A stretch of 21,806 nucleotides of DNA, from NCBI GenBank assembly GCA_964607485.1, contig CAZSKP010000020.1:49134-70939 (forward strand), written 5' to 3'. Position 1 is the first letter of the stretch. Each line of letters starts with the position of its first letter. The notes beneath the pieces are model-generated. The model made no database searches. It was not told the origin of the DNA and saw only the letters and a program-made list of their open reading frames with translations. The DNA is from an uncultured bacterium. Its GTDB lineage: Bacteria; Abyssobacteria; SURF-5. Shown piece by piece: positions 14,569 to 21,806 of the stretch. Position numbers and translations under genes: made by a program.

Positions 14569-15909
14569 ATGATTTACGGTATAGGACACATACTCGACCA
14601 AGAATTTCGCGTTGTCAACGTCCACGAGGGCGGCATGGCACTCGTGTATATTCTTGAGGATACAAGAACCGGAGACAAGATAGCGGCGAAGACGATACGC
14701 GAAGAACTCCTGAGCGATGCTTCGATGGTTGCTCGGTTCAGGCGCGAAATGAAGATCTGGGTGGGTATAGGCAGTCACCCCAATGTTGTTCGGGCTTTCT
14801 TCGTGAAAAACATTGAGTCCTGTCCTTTCCTCTTTATGGAATACATGGATAAGGGATCGCTTCTTGAGCTTACCAAGTCGAGTGACCCTTTCCCTATCAG
14901 TCAGATTTTGACTATCGCCCGGGCGATAGCAGAAGGAATGAGCCATGTGCACAACCGGCTTACCCCCGATGGACTGCGTGGAATAGTTCACCGCGATCTC
15001 AAACCGTCTAACATACTGATGAACAAAGAGGGGGAGATCAAAGTGGCGGACTTCGGAGTGGCGCGAGCGCTCGACACGACCCTCCTCACGCGAACACTTG
15101 ATGTGGTAGGGACCATTCATTACAGCTCGCCGGAACAGATTCTCGACTCGCGAAACGCAGACAAGCGAGCCGACGTTTACTCCTTTGGGGCCATTCTGTA
15201 CCATGTTGCGTGCGGCACGCCTCCGTTTGAGGGGACAACGTGGATGCATCTGGTGAACAAGATAAGAACGTTTACGCCTCCTTCGCCCACAGAAGTGCGA
15301 AGCGATATCCCCGAACCGTTTTCTCGGATTACGATGAAATGCCTGGCGAAACAGAAGGAGGACCGGTTTGAGAATTTTGAGGAAATCATTTTGGCCTTGT
15401 CAGAACTGATTTCGGAAAAGGAAGAGGGCGGAAAGAAAGCGGATCGCGCCACAGCAAGGGAGTTGAGCAGAATACTGGACCTGGCGGAAAAAGAGGCTGT
15501 GAAAAACGGGTGTGCTTTCGTGGAGCCGGTCCATCTCTTGTTGGCGGTCGTATCGGCGAATACGGAATCTCTTTCGGCATGGCTGAAAGATGTGCGGATA
15601 GACTCGGACAAGCTAGCAAGCCGTATTCGCGAACTCATCGGACGGACGGAACAAGCCCCTCCCCCGAGTGATGTGACGCTCAAGCGTTCATCCCGAAGGG
15701 TCATCGGGCTGGCTCAGAGTTTGGCTGAACAGGAGAAGCTCCGGAATCCGTGTGGTAGGCATATATTGAGAGCGTTGATTCAGGAAACCTCGGTCCGCGA
15801 GATACTGGCGAATGGCCTGAGCCTGGATGGCAGCGAAGGCGTCGAAACGGAAACGCTTTTCGATGAAATAGAGGAGGGGTTCGAGCCTCCTCACATAGAT
15901 GACTTGTGA
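14569..15909 (+). CDS. Cytoplasmic Ser/Thr kinase with C-terminal Clp N-terminal (Clp repeat) domain
   Basis: Kinase motifs EGGMALVY, IAAKT, HPNVV, HRDLKPSN, DFG, GTIHYSSPE, DVYSFG; no TM. C-terminal two-repeat pattern RILDLAEKEA..FVEPVHLLLAVV and RRVIGLAQSLA..CGRHILRALI resembles Clp_N. Confidence 0.88.
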   Translation: MIYGIGHILDQEFRVVNVHEGGMALVYILEDTRTGDKIAAKTIREELLSDASMVARFRREMKIWVGIGSHPNVVRAFFVKNIESCPFLFMEYMDKGSLLELTKSSDPFPISQILTIARAIAEGMSHVHNRLTPDGLRGIVHRDLKPSNILMNKEGEIKVADFGVARALDTTLLTRTLDVVGTIHYSSPEQILDSRNADKRADVYSFGAILYHVACGTPPFEGTTWMHLVNKIRTFTPPSPTEVRSDIPEPFSRITMKCLAKQKEDRFENFEEIILALSELISEKEEGGKKADRATARELSRILDLAEKEAVKNGCAFVEPVHLLLAVVSANTESLSAWLKDVRIDSDKLASRIRELIGRTEQAPPPSDVTLKRSSRRVIGLAQSLAEQEKLRNPCGRHILRALIQETSVREILANGLSLDGSEGVETETLFDEIEEGFEPPHIDDL

Positions 15910-15941
15910 TGTGGTTTCGTTTGAACTGGTGATCATAGATT

Positions 15942-17546
15942 ATGGCTGTGCTTAGAATTCTAGCTCCCGCTGAACTTCAGGACGATTTTCAGATTGGCCA
16001 GAGGATATTCACGCTGGGCCGTTCCCCCGACAACACTCTTCAGATAGACCGACCCACCATAGCTCGCGTGCATGCGTCGATCATATGTGAGGGAAAAAGA
16101 TACCTTCTGATCGATCACTCCAGCAGACACGGAACATTTGTGGACGGCGATAGAATTGACAGGAGAGTGCTATCCTCCGGCAACCGAATCGCACTGGGCA
16201 AGCACGCCGAATTGCTATTTTCAATCCCAAGTCCCGAAGCCGACACCCGGGTCGGCCAGCGGGTCGTCGTGACGAAGGACCAGGCGAAGGACCCCATTTC
16301 AGACATTCAGAAGAGAATGACGCTGGAAGAGGCCGGATTTGACTACAAACAGGGCATTCCTGCCAAGACATTTGAGGCTGAATCAAGGGGAAGATATCTC
16401 TCGACAATCTATCAGGTCAATCAGACCATAACCGAAATCTTTGACCTCAGTGAACTGGCCAACAGGGTTCTCGATCTGATACTCCAGATCTTTGCGGTTG
16501 ATAGAACCGCCATCATCCTGTATGACCAGGAGGCACAACATCCATATCCCATCGCGTTCAAAGCCAGAAAGGAGATCCACGGCTCCAGCCCAATCAACAT
16601 CAGCCAGACAATTATCAGAAAAGCGATCTTCGAGGGAAGTGGGATCTTGGCGAGCGATACATATATTGACGACCGCTTCAAAGACGTCTCCAGCATCATG
16701 CGTAAGCAGATTCGGTCAGTAATGTGTGTGCCGCTCCACACAAAGGGGAAGATTCTGGGGGCGATATACGCCGACGCTCTCGAAGTCCCAGGGGGATTCT
16801 CTGAGGAAGACCTTCGTCTGTTGTTTGCCGTTGGAGGAGCGCTTGCAAACTCGATTGAGAACGCGTGGCTGGTTGACATAATAAAGAAGGAGGAGCGGAA
16901 ACTGAGCACCCTCGAGCGATATCTTCCCTCAGTTGTCCTCGAGCACTTGCTCCAGCAGCAGGATCCAACAAAGCTGGGGGGAAAAACCGTTTCCATCTCC
17001 ATTTTGTTCGCGGACATTCGGGGTTTTACCCTCCTGACGGAACGAACCAGTTCAGCGGACGTTGTCTTTCTTCTGAACGACTATTTCACGTCGATGTCGG
17101 AGATTGTTTTCGAATATGGTGGCACGCTGGGCGAATACATTGGTGACGAAATCATGGCCTACTTCGGAGCGCCAATTGAATGTGAGGATCATGCCTCGCG
17201 AACGATTTCTGTGGCCACGAAAATGATGGAGAGGATGAGATTGCTCAAGAATCACAGAAGGGAGGCTGGATTGCCTGTCTTCGACATCGGAATCGGAATC
17301 GCCACGGGAGCCGTCATAGCGGGCAACATTGGCTCGGCCAAGCAAATGAAGTACACGGTCATCGGGAATACGGTCAATCTGGCCAAGAGATTGTGCGATT
17401 ACGCGCAACCAGGGCAAATACTGATCGACGCGGATGCGTATCACGTCGCCGAAAAACCGTCGAACGTTCGTTTTCTCGAGAGAGTAAATCTCAAGGGAAT
17501 CTCAAGGCCGGTGGCAGTTTACGTGGTTGAGCAGAACATCGACTAA
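15942..17546 (+). CDS. FHA-GAF-class III nucleotide cyclase (predicted guanylate-cyclase-like specificity)
   Basis: FHA FTLGRSPDN..IARVHASI..DHSSRHGTFVDG. GAF IRSVMCVPL..GKILGAIYAD..FSEEDLRLL. Cyclase SILFADIRGFT, GEYIGDEIMAYFGAP, GNIGS..KYTVIGNTVNLAKRL with both metal Asp residues and the Asn/Arg pair intact. Confidence 0.92.
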   Translation: MAVLRILAPAELQDDFQIGQRIFTLGRSPDNTLQIDRPTIARVHASIICEGKRYLLIDHSSRHGTFVDGDRIDRRVLSSGNRIALGKHAELLFSIPSPEADTRVGQRVVVTKDQAKDPISDIQKRMTLEEAGFDYKQGIPAKTFEAESRGRYLSTIYQVNQTITEIFDLSELANRVLDLILQIFAVDRTAIILYDQEAQHPYPIAFKARKEIHGSSPINISQTIIRKAIFEGSGILASDTYIDDRFKDVSSIMRKQIRSVMCVPLHTKGKILGAIYADALEVPGGFSEEDLRLLFAVGGALANSIENAWLVDIIKKEERKLSTLERYLPSVVLEHLLQQQDPTKLGGKTVSISILFADIRGFTLLTERTSSADVVFLLNDYFTSMSEIVFEYGGTLGEYIGDEIMAYFGAPIECEDHASRTISVATKMMERMRLLKNHRREAGLPVFDIGIGIATGAVIAGNIGSAKQMKYTVIGNTVNLAKRLCDYAQPGQILIDADAYHVAEKPSNVRFLERVNLKGISRPVAVYVVEQNID

Positions 17547-17970
17547 CCAATGGTGCCGTCGTGTCGCAGCATGACGTAAACGTCAAATCATTCATTGCGC
17601 CTTCAACTACTATTTTGCTTTCTCAATAAACTGGTGGCAAATATGAACAGTTCCAAGTAATTGCAAACAATTTCTGAAGACGAGCAGACGGTCCAAGGGA
17701 CGAGAGTTCCATTCGCCTCTGCCTTTAGCAAAGCTTTTCAGTTCAGAGTTACATCATTCTAAACACCAAAATAGCAAACCCTTTAACCAACCAACTGACT
17801 AAATACCTTCTCAGTCTGTAGAAGTAAAGAGTAATACCTTTTCTGGCAAAAGTCTGGCCCGGCCATTTTCCAACACCAAATTATGAAATCTCCTTCGCCT
17901 TCTGATAAAGTATATTGCCGATATCACCTTCGACGATTGAGCGACACCATAACTTAAGAGAGGAACAGAG

Positions 17971-19281
17971 ATGCCGAAAATAACATTCATGGGAGCGGGT
18001 AGCACTATTTTTGCCCGCAATGTATTGGGCGACTGCATGGTAACCGACTCCATAAAGAATCTCCGGATTGCATTGTATGATATTGATGCCGAGCGCCTGA
18101 AGGAGTCGGAGCTGATGCTCAATAACATAAATGAAACCAACAACGGGGGCCGGGCCAAAATTGAAACCTTCCTGGGTGTCAGAAGACGTAAGGCTGCCTT
18201 GAAAAAAGCGGATTTCGTAGTCAATGCAGTTCAGATTGGCGGCTGGAAGCCTTCCACCTTTATTGACTTCCAGGTGCCAAAACGATTCGGGTTACGGCAA
18301 ACCATCGGTGATACCATCGGCATCGGCGGTATCTTCCGCGGGCTGCGTACCATTCCCGTAATTATGGATTTCGCACGCGACATGGAAGAGGTCTGTCCGG
18401 ATGCGTGGCTGCTGAATTACACCAATCCCATGGCGATGGTCACCGGTGCGGTGCAGCGCTATACGAATGTGAAGACCGTGGGCTTATGCCATAGCTGGCA
18501 AGTCTGTGCGTTATTGCTGTGCTGGATGCTTGACCTGCCGTTTGACAATCTCCGCTGGAATGTGGCCGGCATAAATCATCAGGCCTGGTTGCTCGATATC
18601 AGCCGCGACGGCGAAGATTTGTATCCGGAAATAAGAAAGCGGGCTCAGATGAAAGAATATGTCAATAAGGACAAGGTGCGTTTTGAAATCATGAAACGCT
18701 TCGGATATTACAATACCGAATCGTCCGAGCATACCGCTGAATACTCGCCATACTTCATCAAATCGCAGTATCCCGAGCTGATTGAAGAATTCAATATCCC
18801 GCTCGACGAATATCCCCGGCGCTGCATAGAACAGATCGAAGAATGGAAAGAAGTCCGTAAACAGATAGTGACAACCAAAAAGCCGTTGACACACGCACGT
18901 GGAGCTGAATACGCTTCGTATATTATCGAAGCAATGCTGGCCGACAGACCCTACACCATCGGCGGAAATGTTATCAATAACAACCTCATAACCAATCTGC
19001 CCCGTAATGCCTGCGTGGAAGTCAAGTGTGTGGTCGACCGCACCGGTGTGCACCCGACGGTTGTCGGCGATCTGCCCGAACAACTTGCGGCCTTGAACCG
19101 TACCAACATCAATGTCCAGCTTATGACGATCGAAGCAGCCATGACGCGCAAACGCGATGCCGTGTACCAGGCGGCATTCCTCGATCCGCATACCGGCGCG
19201 GAACTGCGCATGGATAAGATTGTGAAGATGTGTGACGCCCTATTCAAGGCACACGGGAACATGATACCCCGCTTTAAATAG
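17971..19281 (+). CDS. melA: NAD+-dependent alpha-galactosidase/alpha-glucosidase, glycoside hydrolase family 4
   Basis: Motifs KITFMGAGS, QTIGDTIGIGGIFRGLRTIP, LNYTNPM, VGLCHS, AGINH, TESSEH, NLP..ACVEV, LDPHT. SD GAGAGG upstream. Confidence 0.93.
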   Translation: MPKITFMGAGSTIFARNVLGDCMVTDSIKNLRIALYDIDAERLKESELMLNNINETNNGGRAKIETFLGVRRRKAALKKADFVVNAVQIGGWKPSTFIDFQVPKRFGLRQTIGDTIGIGGIFRGLRTIPVIMDFARDMEEVCPDAWLLNYTNPMAMVTGAVQRYTNVKTVGLCHSWQVCALLLCWMLDLPFDNLRWNVAGINHQAWLLDISRDGEDLYPEIRKRAQMKEYVNKDKVRFEIMKRFGYYNTESSEHTAEYSPYFIKSQYPELIEEFNIPLDEYPRRCIEQIEEWKEVRKQIVTTKKPLTHARGAEYASYIIEAMLADRPYTIGGNVINNNLITNLPRNACVEVKCVVDRTGVHPTVVGDLPEQLAALNRTNINVQLMTIEAAMTRKRDAVYQAAFLDPHTGAELRMDKIVKMCDALFKAHGNMIPRFK

Positions 19282-19524
19282 GACAGACCTCGCCACGAAG
19301 TCATCATGAGGGAATCAATTGATCGATCCCTAGACACTTATCGTGGCATGGGACTCACCTGTTCGACCGTCCAAGTATCGCTCCTGACGAGTCAAGATAA
19401 CGCCTTCCATTCCGTGCCCATGTGACCACGCCTGACGCCTCCCGAAAGAGCGCAGAAGGCCTTCCCGTCTGGACTGATGTCTTGCCCAGCCACCTTGGTC
19501 AAGCCCATTTCAAGATAAGTACAC

Positions 19525-19553
19525 TTGACAAATTTATGTACGTGGTCTATAAT
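19525..19553 (+). promoter_or_regulatory. Perfect-consensus sigma70 promoter upstream of the TetR operon
   Basis: TTGACA (19525-19530), 17 nt, TATAAT (19548-19553). Confidence 0.9.
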
Positions 19554-19628
19554 TGGGTGTAGTTTGTTTATTGTCACCGTATAGATTTCCGCCATGCGTG
19601 TTTGAGTTTTCTCGAAAAAAGGAATCTC

Positions 19629-20240
19629 ATGGGAACGAAAACGCTATCTCGGAGGCAACGAAAGAAGAACGAGCTGAAAGAGAAAATCTACCGGACGGCT
19701 GTTCAGTTCTTCCGGACAAAGGGATTCGATGTCACGAACATCGAAGACATCACCGAGGCGGTGGACATAAGCCGTAACACATTTTTCAACTATTATGCCG
19801 GCAAGGACAAGGTGCTCCACGAAATAGCCCAGAGGACCGTGGCCTACTATGAAGAAATGCTGGCGAAGGAATTGGAGTCATCGGATCCTGTGACCGAGAA
19901 GATCAAGCGTCTCCTGATACAGATGGGACGGAACATCCAAAAAGAAAAGGATTTCTATCGCACCATCTTCATTGAGATAATGCGCTCCCAGGTGGGTCTG
20001 GTTGAGGGTGAAAAAGAACATACAACCATCGATAAACTCCTGGGGACGCTTCTCAGTCAAGGTCAGGAGCAAGGAGAAATTGACAAGAGCCTCGATCCGT
20101 ATCAGTTGGCTGAAATGTTGACCGGTATCTATTTTCTCACGATTATTCATTGGCTCTATTCCAAGAAGTCCTACTCTATTTCCGATCGATTAAGAACCGC
20201 TGCCGACATTTTCTTGAACGGTTGTCTTCTGCACGATTGA
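19629..20240 (+). CDS. TetR/AcrR family transcriptional regulator
   Basis: ATG 19629 follows AAGGA (the track starts at TTG 19602). HTH IYRTAVQFFRTKGFDVTNIEDITEAVDISRNTFFNYYAGKD; C-terminal GQEQGEI motif. Confidence 0.93.
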   Translation: MGTKTLSRRQRKKNELKEKIYRTAVQFFRTKGFDVTNIEDITEAVDISRNTFFNYYAGKDKVLHEIAQRTVAYYEEMLAKELESSDPVTEKIKRLLIQMGRNIQKEKDFYRTIFIEIMRSQVGLVEGEKEHTTIDKLLGTLLSQGQEQGEIDKSLDPYQLAEMLTGIYFLTIIHWLYSKKSYSISDRLRTAADIFLNGCLLHD

Positions 20241-20274
20241 CTTCTCTCAAATCCATAGGCCAGAGGGGGGGAAC

Positions 20275-20670
20275 ATGTCGGAAACCTCCGCCGCGGAACT
20301 CGCTGAGAAACTGAGGGAGGCCTATAACAGTTTCAAGGCTGACCATCCGGACACCCTAGATCTTTTCACCGATGACGTTGTCTATCGAGATCCTCGCTTT
20401 CCGGCCTTCAAGGGAAAAGAGGCACTCAAGACATACCTGCAACAACTCGCCGGAGAGAACCAGGCCATGCAGGTTGACTGGGTTTACACGAACGTAGTCG
20501 CCGAAGGCGATCAGGCGGCAGTCGAGTGGCTGGTGAAGACCCCGATGGAATTCGGCGGGAAGAAGTTTGAGTTTTCGGGGGCAGCCTTCTTCAAGGTGCG
20601 CGATGGCAGGATATGTCGATACACCGGCTACTGGGACACCGGCATTCTCCGGCAACTGGGAGGCGAATGA
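20275..20670 (+). CDS. SnoaL-like / NTF2-fold protein
   Basis: 131 aa with LFTDDVVYRDP..FKGKEAL, VVAEGDQAAVEW, FKVRDGRI..YWDT. G-rich SD. Confidence 0.88.
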   Translation: MSETSAAELAEKLREAYNSFKADHPDTLDLFTDDVVYRDPRFPAFKGKEALKTYLQQLAGENQAMQVDWVYTNVVAEGDQAAVEWLVKTPMEFGGKKFEFSGAAFFKVRDGRICRYTGYWDTGILRQLGGE

Positions 20671-20693
20671 GCGTCCGGACAGAAAGAGACACG

Positions 20694-21806
20694 ATGACCA
20701 CAAAGGAACTACTCACTGGAAACGAAGCGATTGCGCGCGGCGCTCTTGAGGCGGGCGTCAGGTTCGCCTCGATGTATCCCGGCACCCCCGCGACTGAAGT
20801 CGTCGAGACACTGGCGAAGCATGGCAAACAGTATGGCCTCCACGTCCAATGGGCGGTCAACGAAAAAGCGAGCATCGAGATGGCTGCCTCCGCCTCGTTC
20901 AGTGGACTCAGGTCACTCTGCGCCATGAAACACGTTGGCGTCAACGTAGCGGCGGAGTTTCTCTTGTACCTCAACCTCTCGGGATGCGGTGCCGGCATGG
21001 TGTTGGTCTGGGCCGACGATCCGGGCCACCACAGTTCTCAGAACGAACAAGATTCGAGGAACTATGCCATGATGGCTCAACTTCCCATGCTCGAGCCGGC
21101 AATCCCCCGGGAAGCAAAAGAGATGACACGCTACGCATTCAAACTCTCCGAGGAACTGCAGCTTCCCGTTATCGTGAGGACGGTCACACGGCTGAGCCAT
21201 TCCCGAGGCGAGGTTGAGGTCGAGACCACCCGGCCACAACAGGAGATTCAGTCTTCCTTTGAAAAAGACTCGACGGTTCGATGGAGTCCGGTAGGCGGCC
21301 TCGTGAACAAGCATCAGACTCTTCACAGAAAAAACGAAGAGTGCCGGCGTATTTTCGAGCGGTCGAAATTCAATTCTTACAGGGGTGTCCGAAACCCTGA
21401 CATTCTGATTATCTCTTCCGGTCCATCCGCCCTCTATGCAGAGGAGGCCGTGAGCCTGCTGGACATTTGGGACGAGGCCGGGCTCCTGAAGCTCGGCACA
21501 ACCCACCCCCTTCCGTTCGACCTCATTAGCGCTCACATTGAGAGAGCACAAAAGGTGTTGTTTGTCGAAGAGGTGGACCCGTTCTTGGAGCAGAACATCA
21601 GAAGTATTGCGGCGGAGCTTCCGCATCGGGTCCGATGCTACGGCAAGCTCGATAAGGGAGTTCCCGCAGGGAAGTACATCCCGGCCTGCGGTGAGCTGAA
21701 TGTGGACCTCGTCGTCGACGCCATATTGAAGGTTCAGGGCAAGAAGGAGGCCGTTCCGATAGAGGTGCCTTCGGCCCAAGTCGACTTCACCGACGATCTG
21801 CCGCTC
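20694..21806 (+). CDS. iorA: Indolepyruvate:ferredoxin oxidoreductase alpha subunit (runs off the window end; absent from the ORF track)
   Basis: Manual translation gives MTTKELLTGNEAIARGALEAGV..YPGTPATE..WAVNEKASIEMA..AMKHVGVNVA..ADDPGHHSSQNEQDSR..LPMLEP..RTVTRLSH. An in-frame alternative ATG at 20667 overlaps the SnoaL stop (ATGA). Confidence 0.92.
   Translation, partial: MTTKELLTGNEAIARGALEAGVRFASMYPGTPATEVVETLAKHGKQYGLHVQWAVNEKASIEMAASASFSGLRSLCAMKHVGVNVAAEFLLYLNLSGCGAGMVLVWADDPGHHSSQNEQDSRNYAMMAQLPMLEPAIPREAKEMTRYAFKLSEELQLPVIVRTVTRLSHSRGEVEVETTRPQQEIQSSFEKDSTVRWSPVGGLVNKHQTLHRKNEECRRIFERSKFNSYRGVRNPDILIISSGPSALYAEEAVSLLDIWDEAGLLKLGTTHPLPFDLISAHIERAQKVLFVEEVDPFLEQNIRSIAAELPHRVRCYGKLDKGVPAGKYIPACGELNVDLVVDAILKVQGKKEAVPIEVPSAQVDFTDDLPL

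Noticed and set aside
14500-15249. 249-aa minus-strand ORF and other long antisense ORFs (e.g. 7727-8338, 16421-17017, 18511-19191, 20913-21779)
   Set aside because: They lie fully antisense to well-supported genes and show no domain motifs; these are typical shadow ORFs.
911-17546. Type VI secretion-associated phosphorylation module (kinase, FHA, vWA, SUMF1-like, ClpN vocabulary)
   Set aside because: No T6SS structural genes, no PP2C phosphatase and no AAA+ ATPase. The shared domains are generic signalling parts.
1-21806. CRISPR array, rRNA, transposase or prophage genes
   Set aside because: No regularly spaced repeats, rRNA-like sequence or corresponding protein motifs were seen.

Overview
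Bacterial window with every credible gene on the + strand, in three blocks. (1) 78-5125: an ECF sigma factor followed by a ~1400-aa membrane Ser/Thr kinase (Zn-ribbon, kinase, TM, FGE-sulfatase, L-type lectin, TPR, 2x STN-like, PilP/GspC-like domain). A canonical ECF promoter (AAC-N16-CGT) lies between the two genes. (2) 5564-5648: the 3' half only of tRNA-Thr(CGT) plus an intrinsic terminator, which looks like an integration (att) scar. A strong sigma70 promoter then precedes an 11.4-kb five-gene signalling cluster (6120-17546). It encodes two paralogous single-pass receptors (signal-vWA-FecR-beta domain-TM-FHA-tandem Sm-like/DUF6982-like), a CHASE2-3TM-degenerate cyclase-kinase fusion, a kinase-ClpN fusion, and an FHA-GAF-class III cyclase with a guanylate-cyclase-like Glu/Lys signature. 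This cluster is the best candidate for an undescribed system. (3) 17971-end: ordinary metabolic genes (GH4 alpha-galactosidase; TetR, SnoaL-like protein and a truncated iorA behind a perfect TTGACA-17-TATAAT promoter). All domain calls come from recognising motifs by eye; no database search was run.
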